Source: an uncultured Pseudomonadota bacterium (GTDB lineage: Bacteria > Pseudomonadota > Alphaproteobacteria > RF32 > CAG-239). Taken from it: DNA of 64,000 nt. This document shows positions 29,170 through 39,171 of this stretch, piece after piece (position 1 is the stretch's first letter; each line of letters begins with the position of its first letter). The notes below the pieces were generated by a model. That model was given only the letters and a program-made list of their open reading frames with translations. It did not search any database and was not told where the DNA came from. The stretch covers positions 21,507 through 85,506 of the forward strand of contig CASFJL010000002.1 of the NCBI GenBank assembly GCA_949295005.1, given 5' to 3'. The translations under genes were made by a program, and so were the position numbers.

Positions 29170-30711
29170 ATGAAAAGAATTTCTAATTCTGATTTGCTTG
29201 TTGGTTTGGAATATCCTAATCAAGAAGTACAAAAAGCATATTTGACTTTTGCTTTGAAGAAATGGTTGACTTCTAAAAGCTATGGTCCGCAATGTTTTGA
29301 TGAGGTTATGGAACTCAAAGAACTTTGCCCGCCTCAAGTGTATAAGTTATTCAGCGAAAATACCGTTGAGCTTTTGCCTAACCTGATTGCCGAAATGAAA
29401 GGAATTGACTTTGCCAAGATTGATTTGCTTATGCAAAATGATTGGAAATTAGGAAAGATTTTTTCATTTAAAATTGCTTATGCTGCTCTTATCAATCTGG
29501 ACGCATATCCCAATGCCGGCTTCAATAGATTGTCAAAAAAGACAATGGTTGAAAAATGGCAAAAAGAGCTTATGAAAATTGAAGATATGGAGGTTTGGGA
29601 ATGTTTGTTATCATTGGGCGAGCTTTCTCATTCGGGATTGAAGGTTTTCTCTTCTTGGCTTCAGAAGCAAGAAAAAGAAAGTCATGTGGATTTTTCTGTT
29701 GTTCGGATTTTATGCGATAAAGCTAAAATTCAAGCTTGTTTTGCTCAAAGGGTTTTTAATCTTTCTCTGTATCTGATTGGAAATTTCAGAGGCTTTATGA
29801 ATGAGGCTGTGAAAATCTTGGATGATTTTTGTTCATGTTATCCGATGTTTCGCAAATCATTGGAAAAATTTTTGCTCAAAAACTATAATCGCTACTTTTG
29901 GAAATTGGAACCTTATCCCCATCGGAATCCTTTGCAATATTATAAGGAGATGATGGCGCACTTGACTTCTGAGTGTTTGCATTTTTCTATTTCTTGGAAA
30001 ATGAAAATTGTGCAGAAAATGCTTTATCAAGCTGAAAATAGAGCTATTGTGCTATTGTTGCTTGATAATCTGAAATTGATTTATGATTTTCAGGTAAATA
30101 GGGCTGATGAGGCTTATTTTGAGGCTATTAAAACCGGATTGAAGAAGAAAAAAGATTGTGATGATGAGGTGCTTTCTATTGTTATTTCTTTTGCAAAAGG
30201 AACAATATTTAATACCTCCGGTCTATGGTGGAAAGAATTTGCAAAATATCCAGTGGCTTTTCAAAAAACAATGGCGTTGGTTTATTCTTCTAATAAACTG
30301 TCTGAATGTGGTTTGGCGCAAGCTTATTTTGCGTTGGTATTTATGCATCAGAAAAATCCTAATCTGTTTGATGATTTTGAAAAGCTGGCGGTATCTATTT
30401 TGGCAAAAAATTGGGATGTTTCAAATCAAGATTTGATATCATTCTTTTATCCGTTTCAATGGTGTCCATATGATGAGGCAACTTCTCATTATTTGTTGCT
30501 TGGATGTAAAAAACTGTTGCAGATTGCACAAAATCAGCAAGCGTTTAATTTGTGGCGTTTGAAGTTTTTAATACCTCTTTATGCAAAAATCTTAGAAAAT
30601 GAAGATTTAAAATCCTTGTTTGATGAGATTGAGAAAAGACAGTTGTTGCAGCAAAAAGAGGAAGAGGAAAAACAAAAAGAAATTGCTCTTTTGCTTGCTA
30701 AACTACAATAG
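29170..30711 (+). CDS. Hypothetical protein (513 aa), no recognisable domain
   Basis: Long uninterrupted ORF bounded by a terminator. No signal peptide or TM segment. Probably helical, with a Glu/Lys-rich C-terminus. Confidence 0.55.
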   Translation: MKRISNSDLLVGLEYPNQEVQKAYLTFALKKWLTSKSYGPQCFDEVMELKELCPPQVYKLFSENTVELLPNLIAEMKGIDFAKIDLLMQNDWKLGKIFSFKIAYAALINLDAYPNAGFNRLSKKTMVEKWQKELMKIEDMEVWECLLSLGELSHSGLKVFSSWLQKQEKESHVDFSVVRILCDKAKIQACFAQRVFNLSLYLIGNFRGFMNEAVKILDDFCSCYPMFRKSLEKFLLKNYNRYFWKLEPYPHRNPLQYYKEMMAHLTSECLHFSISWKMKIVQKMLYQAENRAIVLLLLDNLKLIYDFQVNRADEAYFEAIKTGLKKKKDCDDEVLSIVISFAKGTIFNTSGLWWKEFAKYPVAFQKTMALVYSSNKLSECGLAQAYFALVFMHQKNPNLFDDFEKLAVSILAKNWDVSNQDLISFFYPFQWCPYDEATSHYLLLGCKKLLQIAQNQQAFNLWRLKFLIPLYAKILENEDLKSLFDEIEKRQLLQQKEEEEKQKEIALLLAKLQ

Positions 30712-30724
30712 AAATTCGTTTAAT

Positions 30725-30760
30725 AAAAAAGCGAGGATGAAATTCATCCCCGCTTTTTTT
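30725..30760. terminator. Bidirectional rho-independent terminator
   Basis: 10-bp stem with one mismatch (gcgaggatga/tcatccccgc), flanking A and T runs. Lies between convergent genes. Confidence 0.7.
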
Positions 30761-30776
30761 GCGTGTTTAGAAAAAC

Positions 30777-31958
30777 TTATTTGGTCAATTCTACCGTATC
30801 TTTGGCAATAGCCAATTCTTCGTTTGTTGGAATGACAAAGGCTCTGACTTTAGAATCTGGTTTGCTGATTTCAACAATTTCACCGCGAATTTGGTTCTTT
30901 TCTTCATCTAACTCAATGCCCAAAGCAGATACTCTTTCAATAATTAATTTTCTGACCAAAGCAGAGTTTTCACCAACACCGGCGGTGAAAACAAGAGCAT
31001 CAACACCGCCCATAGCCATTGTGTAAGCACCAATGAATTTGGCAATGTTGTAAATGTAGCATTTCATGGCATCGATTACGGCAGGTTCACCGCGATTATA
31101 AGCAGCTTCAAAGTCGCGAGAATCGCTGTATCCTGTCAGACCTGCTTTACCTGATTTGCGGTTCAACATATCGTTCACTTCATCTACACTCAAACCTTGA
31201 GTTTTCATGATGTAAAGCGGAATGTAGGGGTCAATATCGCCGCAGCGGGTATCCATAACAATACCGGCAAGAGGTGTCATGCCCATAGAGGTATCAACGC
31301 ATTCACCGTTTTTAACAGCGGTAATGGAAGCACCGCTACCAATGTGGCAGGTGATAATGCGGCTGTTTTTGCCAATGATTTTGGCTGCTTCTTCAGCAAC
31401 AAATTTGTGTGAAGTACCATGCGCACCATAGCGACGAATCTTATATTTTTCAATTTGTTCGGTCGGCAAAGCATAAGTATAAGCCTCATAAGGCATAGTT
31501 TGGTGGAAAGCCGTGTCAAAAACAGTAACTTGTTTAACATTCGGTAATTGTTTCTTAACAGCTTTGATAACCAATACGGCAGCCGGATTGTGCAACGGAG
31601 CCAAAGTACCGAGCTCGGCAATTTGTTCAGTCACTTCATCATTAACAAGAGTGGATTTTTTGAAGATGGAACCACCTTGAACAATGCGGTGACCGATAGC
31701 AGAAATTTCGTTTAAATCTGAAATAACGCCGTCCATCAACAATTTCATAACTTCTTTGAAAGCTACGTCGTGGTTAGGCAAGTCTACATTAACTTCTTTT
31801 TTGCTGCCATCAGCATATTTGATGCCGACAAAAGAGGCATCACGACCGATACGTTCAGCGTTACCTTTGGCAACAACTTCATAATTTTCACCGTCTACAT
31901 TGAAAAGTTGATATTTCAATGTTGAAGAACCGGCGTTTAATACGAGAATCTTTTTCAT
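30777..31958 (-). CDS. ackA: Acetate kinase
   Basis: ILVLNAGSSTLKYQLF, RRYGAHGTSH, HIGSGASI. Confidence 0.96.
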   Translation of the reverse strand: MKKILVLNAGSSTLKYQLFNVDGENYEVVAKGNAERIGRDASFVGIKYADGSKKEVNVDLPNHDVAFKEVMKLLMDGVISDLNEISAIGHRIVQGGSIFKKSTLVNDEVTEQIAELGTLAPLHNPAAVLVIKAVKKQLPNVKQVTVFDTAFHQTMPYEAYTYALPTEQIEKYKIRRYGAHGTSHKFVAEEAAKIIGKNSRIITCHIGSGASITAVKNGECVDTSMGMTPLAGIVMDTRCGDIDPYIPLYIMKTQGLSVDEVNDMLNRKSGKAGLTGYSDSRDFEAAYNRGEPAVIDAMKCYIYNIAKFIGAYTMAMGGVDALVFTAGVGENSALVRKLIIERVSALGIELDEEKNQIRGEIVEISKPDSKVRAFVIPTNEELAIAKDTVELTK

Positions 31959-31972
31959 TTCTTTTTCTTTCC

Positions 31973-32980
31973 TTATTTTCTAACAGCTTGCAATGCGGTC
32001 ATGCCGATAACACCGACAATATCTTCAGCAAAGGCACCGCGGGATAAATCATTAACAGGGGCATTTAAGCCTTGTAAAACAGGACCATAAGCTTCACATC
32101 CACCTAGACGCTGTAATAATTTATAACCTATGTTTCCGGCTTCTAAGTTTGGAAATACCAAAACAGAGGCTTGGCCTGCAACCTCACTGGTCGGAGCTTT
32201 CTTTCTGGCAACAACCATGTCTAATGCAGCATCTGCTTGTAATTCACCGTCCAATTGAATATTTAAATCCTTAAATTCATCGGTTTTCAAAGCTTCTTTG
32301 GCTAATTTTGTAGCTTCTACCACTTTGTCTACGGCGTCTCCTTTGCCGGAACCGTAGGTGGAATAACTCATCATGGCAACGCGTGGTTCTATTCCAAATT
32401 TGATGGCAGATAATGATGCTTCTAATGCAATATCAGCTAATTCTTTGGCCGTTGGGTTGATAATAACGCCGCAATCTGAAAAAACATACGGCTTGTCATT
32501 AGATACCATAATCAAGAAAGAAGAAACACCTCTGTCTTTGTGGGCTGATTTGATGATTTGCAATGCCGGACGAACCGTATCTGCCGTGGAGTGGTTGGCT
32601 CCGGATACCATACCGTCTGCATCTCCTGCTTTAATCATCAAGGTACCGAAATAGTTCGGAATCAAAGCGGTTTTTTGAGCTTCTTCTTCTGTCATTCCTT
32701 TATTTTTGCGGAGTTCATACAACAACTTGGTATATTCAGGCAATTTGGGTGATGTTTCCGGTGTGATAATATCAATACCTTCCAAGTTCCAGCCGTTATT
32801 AATAAAGTCTTTTTTAATTTGCGGCTCATTTCCGAGTAAAATGATTTTGCATATTTTTTGCTCATTAATCATATGAGCGGCTTTTAATACGCGTAAATCT
32901 TCTCCTTCCGGCAAGACAATTGTTTTATAATATTGTTTGGCTTTGGCCAAAACATCTTGTATGAATTTGCTCTCTAACAT
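31973..32980 (-). CDS. pta: Phosphate acetyltransferase (short, catalytic-domain-only form)
   Basis: LPEGEDLRVLKAA and SGANHSTADTVRPALQIIK. 335 aa. Directly upstream of ackA. Confidence 0.95.
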   Translation of the reverse strand: MLESKFIQDVLAKAKQYYKTIVLPEGEDLRVLKAAHMINEQKICKIILLGNEPQIKKDFINNGWNLEGIDIITPETSPKLPEYTKLLYELRKNKGMTEEEAQKTALIPNYFGTLMIKAGDADGMVSGANHSTADTVRPALQIIKSAHKDRGVSSFLIMVSNDKPYVFSDCGVIINPTAKELADIALEASLSAIKFGIEPRVAMMSYSTYGSGKGDAVDKVVEATKLAKEALKTDEFKDLNIQLDGELQADAALDMVVARKKAPTSEVAGQASVLVFPNLEAGNIGYKLLQRLGGCEAYGPVLQGLNAPVNDLSRGAFAEDIVGVIGMTALQAVRK

Positions 32981-33146
32981 TTTATCCTCTTTATGATTAT
33001 AGAATTGATTTATTGTTTATTTACTCTTCTATCTTATAAAAGTCTATTAAAAATTATTGATTGTGTAATAAAAACTTTTGATTATTTTTTGTTTTTGTTT
33101 TAGCATAAGGAAAATTTTGTTTTGCTTTGTTTTATAGTGAGGAAAA

Positions 33147-33563
33147 ATGCAAAAAACTTTGTCTATTATCAAACCAGATGCCACAGTTAGAAATATTACC
33201 GGTAAAATTAATGCCATGATTGAAGATGCCGGCTTGAAAATTGTGGCTCAAAAACGTATTCGCTTGACCAAAGAACAAGCTCAAGAGTTTTATATTGAGC
33301 ATAAAGATAAAGCTTTTTATGACGATTTGGTTGAATATATGACTTCTGCTCCGGTTGTCGTTCAGGTCTTGGAAGGTGAAAATGCTATCACAGATTATCG
33401 AAAACTGATGGGAACAACAAATCCGGCTACTGCAGAAGATGGTACAATCAGAAAAACATTTGCCGAATCGATTACGCATAACAGTGTGCACGGTTCTGAT
33501 AGTGAAGAAAGTGCCGCACGCGAGGTGAATTTCTTCTTTAATCATTTAGAAATATTGGATTAG
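33147..33563 (+). CDS. ndk: Nucleoside-diphosphate kinase
   Basis: TLSIIKPDA and active-site NSVHGSDS. 138 aa. Confidence 0.96.
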   Translation: MQKTLSIIKPDATVRNITGKINAMIEDAGLKIVAQKRIRLTKEQAQEFYIEHKDKAFYDDLVEYMTSAPVVVQVLEGENAITDYRKLMGTTNPATAEDGTIRKTFAESITHNSVHGSDSEESAAREVNFFFNHLEILD

Positions 33564-33572
33564 GAGGCTCCG

Positions 33573-34637
33573 GTGACGTTTTTCAAAAGTGCTTTGGCGT
33601 TCTTTTGTGTGAGTTTGTGCATGGTGTTTCCCGCTTTTGCTCAGACACAGAACCCTTTTGAAGTTGATGTGAAAGTTGATGTAACGGATGTCAACGCAGC
33701 AAAAGCTCGTGAAAAAGCTATGCAATCTGCCATGCGTCAAGCTTTTGAAATCGTTGTAAACAGATATGTTCCTTCTTCTGAAAAAGCACCTTTGCTTGCT
33801 TTGACAGATGAGCAAATGATTAATTTTATTCAAGAAATTTCTGTCTTGACAGAAAAAACATCTAATGTGCGGTATTTGGCGGATTTAAAAGTTAAAATTA
33901 ATAAACCGATTTTTGTTGCTTATTTGCAAGAAAAAAATATTTCTATGGTTGTTAATGAGCCATCTAAAATTGTGGTAATTCCTATTTATCGTGAGTTTAT
34001 TTCTGATGCGCCCCTCTTATGGGATGATAATAATTTATGGCTCCAAACATGGCAAAATGCAGAAGAAAACAATAATGCCGTAACAATTGTGCCTTTGGCT
34101 CCTTTAGATGTGGCTAATATTGATTTTAATGCTCAAATGGCTTTGGCTTATAATACAGAAGTTTTGCAAGCAATTGCTTTGAATACCAATGCTTCAGACG
34201 TGTTTGTTTTGGATGCTTTTTTTGATGGAATTGATGGTTTTAAGGTGAATGTTTCTTCTCTTAAAGCAAGAAAACCTTTTGATGAAATTGTGGTCGGAGG
34301 TGAGCGTAAAAATAAACAAAATGTGATGCAAAGAGCTTTAAGCGATGTTAAAAGAAAAATTGAAAATCAATTAAAACAAAGTCAGACAGAGCATAGCAAA
34401 ATGCAATCTACTTTGATGGTGATATATAATTATGACAAACTTGCCGATTGGGTCAAACTTGAACAAAAATTAAGAGGTGTTCCTTATGTGAAAAATCTTG
34501 AAACGGTTGCTATCGGTGATAATAAAGTTCAATTTAAATTAGATGTTATCGGTGATGAAAATCAAGTCTGGAATGCTTTTAGAAGACTAGGCATGAATTT
34601 TAAGAAATATGATAATTTTTATTTGCTAGAATATTGA
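33573..34637 (+). CDS. Hypothetical secreted protein (possibly DUF2066-like)
   Basis: AGGAGG RBS plus GTG start. Signal peptide ...VFPAFAQ. The family guess rests only on size and on adjacency to an AI-2E transporter, and it is weak. Confidence 0.5.
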   Translation: MTFFKSALAFFCVSLCMVFPAFAQTQNPFEVDVKVDVTDVNAAKAREKAMQSAMRQAFEIVVNRYVPSSEKAPLLALTDEQMINFIQEISVLTEKTSNVRYLADLKVKINKPIFVAYLQEKNISMVVNEPSKIVVIPIYREFISDAPLLWDDNNLWLQTWQNAEENNNAVTIVPLAPLDVANIDFNAQMALAYNTEVLQAIALNTNASDVFVLDAFFDGIDGFKVNVSSLKARKPFDEIVVGGERKNKQNVMQRALSDVKRKIENQLKQSQTEHSKMQSTLMVIYNYDKLADWVKLEQKLRGVPYVKNLETVAIGDNKVQFKLDVIGDENQVWNAFRRLGMNFKKYDNFYLLEY

Positions 34638-34654
34638 ATAAAAGGAGAAATTTT

Positions 34655-35722
34655 GTGCTGAGTGCTAAAAAATCAAGTTATAACTGGCTTATTTGGTTGG
34701 TTTTGTTTTTGGCTTTTGGAGTGGCCGTATATGTTTTGCGTTCAGTCTTGTTGCCGTTTGTTGCCGGATTGATTATTGGTTATTTGCTTGATCCTTTGGC
34801 TGACAGGTTTGAAAAAATTGGTCTTTCCAGAACTTGGGCAACAATTTTGGTCTTGCTTTTAGTGGTGATAATTGTTTTTCCGCTTTTGTTGCTTCTTTTA
34901 GGGGTTGTTCAGGAACAAATTAGCCAATTTTTAAGCTCTTTGCCGGCATATATCTCTGCCTTAACTAAAAAAATTGAGCCGATTTTTGTTGAGTTGCAAC
35001 AGCGTTTTCCAAGCTTGGAGGCTGAAAAAATCAGACAATATGTGCAAAATAATATGGCTAATGCCATGCGCGTTTTTGGAAAATTGGTAGCCAAGGTTAT
35101 TTCCGGCGGATTTGCCTTTTTTAATGTGATTTCTTTGCTTTTGATTACTCCCGTCGTGGCTTTTTATATGGTGCGAGATTGGAATGATTTTGTTGAAAAA
35201 GTAAGAAGTTTGTTGCCCAGACATTCAAAAGCAAATATTGAAAAACAAATGAGGGAAATTGATTCCATTATTGCAAGCTTTATCAGAGGTCAATTAAGTG
35301 TTTGTGTTTTGCTTGGTACCTTTTATGCCTGCGGTTTGTATATTGTTGGTTTGGATTTGGGAGTGATGATTGGCTTTATTGCCGGAATTATTTCTTTTAT
35401 TCCATATGTGGGGAGTATATCCGGTTTTGTTGTCAGTATGGCAATTGCTTTTGCTCAATTTTCTGAAGTTGGCAGAATTTTAGCTGTTGCCGGTGTTTTT
35501 GCCGTTGGACAATTTTTGGAAGGAAATTTTTTAACACCAAAATTGGTTGGAGACAGTGTTGGTTTGCACCCTGTATGGGTGATGTTTGCTTTGCTGGCCG
35601 GAGGTGTCTTACTTGGCTTCTTGGGGTTGATGATTGCCGTTCCCGTGGCGGCAATAATCGGCGTGTTGGTACGGCATGCTATTGAAAACTATAAACATAG
35701 TTCTTTATATTTGGAAGATTAA
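34655..35722 (+). CDS. AI-2E family transporter (PerM/YhhT-like)
   Basis: About 8 TM helices and a typical C-terminal half (FIPYVGS, GQFLEGNFLTPKLVG). AAGGAG RBS favours GTG 34655 over the ORF-track TTG 34634. Confidence 0.85.
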   Translation: MLSAKKSSYNWLIWLVLFLAFGVAVYVLRSVLLPFVAGLIIGYLLDPLADRFEKIGLSRTWATILVLLLVVIIVFPLLLLLLGVVQEQISQFLSSLPAYISALTKKIEPIFVELQQRFPSLEAEKIRQYVQNNMANAMRVFGKLVAKVISGGFAFFNVISLLLITPVVAFYMVRDWNDFVEKVRSLLPRHSKANIEKQMREIDSIIASFIRGQLSVCVLLGTFYACGLYIVGLDLGVMIGFIAGIISFIPYVGSISGFVVSMAIAFAQFSEVGRILAVAGVFAVGQFLEGNFLTPKLVGDSVGLHPVWVMFALLAGGVLLGFLGLMIAVPVAAIIGVLVRHAIENYKHSSLYLED

Positions 35723-35733
35723 CTAAAAAATAT

Positions 35734-35764
35734 AAACGGCATCTAAAAAAAGATGCCGTTTTTT
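35734..35764 (+). terminator. Rho-independent terminator
   Basis: 8-bp stem cggcatct/agatgccg, 6-nt loop, 6 T. Confidence 0.75.
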
Positions 35765-35832
35765 AATAAAAATTTAGACTTTATTTTTTATACTGGCTCA
35801 AAATATGTATTTAATTTGGGAATATATTCAAA

Positions 35833-36903
35833 ATGCTTGTTTATTTATCTGATTTGTTGTCTTTGCCTTTAACATTTGATTCTTTGGGCTTGCGTATGTT
35901 TTGGGCTTTTTTAATACCGCTTGCAATATATTTGTTTTTTGGTGGTAAATTTATTGAGCTTTTGCGCCACCATCAAGCTCATGGACAGCCAATTAGAGAA
36001 GACGGACCGCAATCTCATTTGGCTAAAAAAGGCACTCCTACCATGGGGGGATTGTTGATTTTGATGGCAAGCATTATTTCTGTCTTGCTTTTTGCAAATT
36101 TGTATAATCCGTTGGTGTGGATTTGTGTCTTGGTTTTGCTCGTGTATGGTTTTGTTGGTTTTGTTGATGATTATGTTAAAGTTACAAAAGAGACTTCCAA
36201 TGCCATGAGCGCTAAAATGAAATTGTTTTTACAATTTTCAACAGCGTTGGTTGCTGTTTTGGTAACCTCTTATTTTGCAGATAAGGAAAATAGATATGTT
36301 TTGAGCTTTCCTTATTTTAAGTCTTTGGCAATTAATTTATCTTATTTCTACATTCCTTTGGCTATGGTGGTGATTGTGGGAGCATCAAATGCCGTAAATT
36401 TGAGCGATGGTTTGGATGGTTTGGCCGGAGGATTGTTGGTTATTGCCTTTTTGGTGTTTTTGATATTTGCAGTTGTTTGCGGTGGTAGTTTAGCTCAATA
36501 TTTTTATATTGTTCCGGTTAAAGGTGCTTCTGAAATAGCCATTGTATGTGCGGCCGTGATTGGAGCTTGTGTCGGCTTTTTGTGGTTTAATGCGCCTCCG
36601 GCAAAAGTTTTTATGGGAGATACAGGGTCTTTGGCTTTGGGGGCTTTGCTTGGTACAATTTCCGTGATTTTAAAACAAGAAATTTTGTTGGCAATTGTCG
36701 GCGGTGTATTTGTGCTGGAAGCATTGTCCGTAATGATTCAGGTCTTTTGGTATAAAAAAACCGGAAAAAGAGTTTTTTTAATGGCGCCCATTCATCATCA
36801 TTTTGAGCAATTGGGTTGGAAAGAAACAACGGTTGTTTTGCGCTTTTGGATTGTGAGTTTGTTTTTGGCTGTTTTAGGTTTGATGGCTTTAATGCTTAAA
36901 TAA
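35833..36903 (+). CDS. mraY: Phospho-N-acetylmuramoyl-pentapeptide transferase
   Basis: GTPTMGG, NAVNLSDGLDGLA, MGDTGSLALG, PIHHHFE. Confidence 0.96.
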   Translation: MLVYLSDLLSLPLTFDSLGLRMFWAFLIPLAIYLFFGGKFIELLRHHQAHGQPIREDGPQSHLAKKGTPTMGGLLILMASIISVLLFANLYNPLVWICVLVLLVYGFVGFVDDYVKVTKETSNAMSAKMKLFLQFSTALVAVLVTSYFADKENRYVLSFPYFKSLAINLSYFYIPLAMVVIVGASNAVNLSDGLDGLAGGLLVIAFLVFLIFAVVCGGSLAQYFYIVPVKGASEIAIVCAAVIGACVGFLWFNAPPAKVFMGDTGSLALGALLGTISVILKQEILLAIVGGVFVLEALSVMIQVFWYKKTGKRVFLMAPIHHHFEQLGWKETTVVLRFWIVSLFLAVLGLMALMLK

Positions 36904-36914
36904 GGATAAATAAC

Positions 36915-38048
36915 GTGTTTTCATTTTCCAGAAATAGCAAAAGTTTGGTGGCAAATTGGTGGTGGACGGTTGATAAAACTCTTCTGGCCTTGATTACATT
37001 ATTGTTGATTATCGGGGTCTTTTTGAACTTTTCTGCCAGTCCTTCCGTTGCAAACAGAATTGGTGTCGGGAGTTTTCATTTTATTAAACGACAATTGTTT
37101 TTTGTGCCGATTGCTTATTCTTTGATGCTCTTTTTATCTATGCAAAATTTGAAGACAATTCGCAGAACGGCAATTGTGGGATATGCCGTGATATTGTTTT
37201 TGATGGTGTTAACTTTATTTTGGGGGCAAGAAACTAAAGGTGCTTCTCGCTGGATTAATTTTGCCGGTTTTTCTTTGCAGCCTTCCGAGTTTGTAAAACC
37301 AACATTTGTGGTGGTGGCAGCTTGGTTGTTTGATGGGCAAAAAAAATATAAAGATTTTCCCGGAAATTTGCTTTCTACTTCATTATATGCCTTAACTGCA
37401 GCATTGCTCTTGTTGCAGCCTGATTTGGGTATGACGGTTGTGGTAACGGCTATTTGGGGATTTCAATTCTTTTTGGCCGGTTTGTCTTTGTGGTTGGTTG
37501 GTATTTTGGCCGTCATTGGTTTGGTTGGCGTGGTGGTTGCTTATTTTGTTTTTCCTCACGTAAATGCCAGAATAAATCAATTTTTGGCCTCAGATAATCA
37601 GCTGGGATACCAAATTAAAAAGTCTTTAGAAGCTTTTGAAAACGGCGGCTTTTTTGGAAAAGGCCCGGGAGAGGGCGTTGTAAAAATGAATATTCCGGAT
37701 GCGCATACGGATTTTATTTTTTCGGTTGCCGGTGAAGAATATGGAATGTTTTTGTGCTTGGTCATTGTTTGTATTTATGCTTCAATTGTGGTTCGGGCTA
37801 TGTTGTTGTCTGTCAGAGAAGGAAATTTATTTATTGTTTTGGCGGCTTGCGGTTTGGCGGCATCTTTTGGTTTGCAAGCCATTATTAATATGGCTTCTTC
37901 TTTGCATTTGATGCCCACTAAAGGAATGACTTTGCCTTTTATTTCTTATGGCGGATCTTCTTTATTGGCAACGGCATTGGCTTTGGGTATGTTGTTGGCG
38001 ATTACAAGACGAAATGTTCATGCGGAGGATAAAGATGAAACGAGCTAA
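36915..38048 (+). CDS. ftsW: SEDS-family cell division protein FtsW
   Basis: SEDS motifs (PSEFVKP, DLGMTVV, PDAHTDFIFSV, TKGMTLPFISYGGSS). Position between mraY and murG. GTG start after AAGGA. Confidence 0.9.
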   Translation: MFSFSRNSKSLVANWWWTVDKTLLALITLLLIIGVFLNFSASPSVANRIGVGSFHFIKRQLFFVPIAYSLMLFLSMQNLKTIRRTAIVGYAVILFLMVLTLFWGQETKGASRWINFAGFSLQPSEFVKPTFVVVAAWLFDGQKKYKDFPGNLLSTSLYALTAALLLLQPDLGMTVVVTAIWGFQFFLAGLSLWLVGILAVIGLVGVVVAYFVFPHVNARINQFLASDNQLGYQIKKSLEAFENGGFFGKGPGEGVVKMNIPDAHTDFIFSVAGEEYGMFLCLVIVCIYASIVVRAMLLSVREGNLFIVLAACGLAASFGLQAIINMASSLHLMPTKGMTLPFISYGGSSLLATALALGMLLAITRRNVHAEDKDETS

Positions 38049-39168
38049 ACATATTAAAAAATCTCCTTTGATTGTGTTGACAGCAGGTGGAACCGGTGGG
38101 CATGTTTACCCTGCAGAGGCTTTGGCTGAAGAGCTTGCTCAAAGAGGGTATCGTTTGTTGTTGGTTACCGATAATCGCGGAAAAAACAATTATAAAGGTA
38201 AATTGAGCGAAATTCCTAATGTTGCTGTTCAAGCCGGCGCATTGGTTGGAAAATCTATATGGTTTAAAATTAAAAGTTTGTTCAAATTGGCTATTGGCGT
38301 TGTTCAGGCAGTTTTTATCATTATAAAGAAAAAGCCTGTTTGCGTGGTTGGATTTGGCGGATATGCCTCTTTTCCGATGTGTGTGGCTGCAATTTTGACC
38401 GGAACAGATTTGGTGATTCATGAGCAAAATTCTGTTATGAGCAGAACAAACAGATTGTTAAGTAAATATGCCAGCTTAATTGTTTTGAGCTTTGATAATA
38501 CAAAATATTTGCCTCAAAATGTGAAGAATTTGGTTTGCGGTATGCCGGTGAGAGCTTCTATTGTAGAAGCATCTTCTAAGGGGCGTCCGGTTTTAAGTAA
38601 AAATGACAAAATGCAGATTTTGATTTTGGGCGGAAGTCAGGGTGCAAAAGTGTTCAGTGATGTTATTCCTGAAGCAATTAAAAAAATGGATAAAAAACTG
38701 CAAAGCAGAATTTCTATTGTTCAGCAATGTCGTGCAGATGATTTAGAAAGCTTAAAAAAAGCTTATGAAAATGCTTTGTGTCAGGTGGAGGTTTCTCATT
38801 TCTTTAACAATATGCCAGAGCTTTATGCAAAATCTCATTTGGTTATTTCCAGAGCAGGGGCTTCTTCTGTTTTTGAAATTGCCGTAATGAAAATTCCGGC
38901 TTTGTTGGTGCCTTTACCTACAGCCGCAGATAACCATCAAATGGGTAACGCTTTGTGGTTGGAAAAATTAAAACTTGCTCAAGTTATTGCTCAAGATGAT
39001 TTTTTGCCTGAAACTTTGAGTCAAATTTTGAGTGATTTTTTAAATCATTCAGAAAAACTTGGTGAAATGTCCGGAAATTTGAAAAAATCAGGTATTTTTG
39101 ATGCGGCTAAAAATTTTGCAGATGCTATTGAGCAAGATGTTTTGCAAAAAAATAAAATTAGGAGATAA
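38035..39168 (+). CDS. murG: UDP-GlcNAc:lipid I GlcNAc transferase MurG
   Basis: TAGGTGGHVYPAEALAEEL. GGAGGA RBS before the ATG at 38035. The ORF-track start at 37948 lies inside ftsW and is not credible. Confidence 0.94.
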   Translation: MKRAKHIKKSPLIVLTAGGTGGHVYPAEALAEELAQRGYRLLLVTDNRGKNNYKGKLSEIPNVAVQAGALVGKSIWFKIKSLFKLAIGVVQAVFIIIKKKPVCVVGFGGYASFPMCVAAILTGTDLVIHEQNSVMSRTNRLLSKYASLIVLSFDNTKYLPQNVKNLVCGMPVRASIVEASSKGRPVLSKNDKMQILILGGSQGAKVFSDVIPEAIKKMDKKLQSRISIVQQCRADDLESLKKAYENALCQVEVSHFFNNMPELYAKSHLVISRAGASSVFEIAVMKIPALLVPLPTAADNHQMGNALWLEKLKLAQVIAQDDFLPETLSQILSDFLNHSEKLGEMSGNLKKSGIFDAAKNFADAIEQDVLQKNKIRR

Positions 39169-39171
39169 AAA

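Noticed and set aside
33132-33545. 137-aa ORF antisense to ndk
   Set aside because: It overlaps ndk completely, and ndk is unambiguous.
37948-38034. N-terminal extension of the murG ORF
   Set aside because: The extension lies inside the ftsW coding region. The ATG at 38035 has a GGAGGA RBS and yields the canonical MurG N-terminus.
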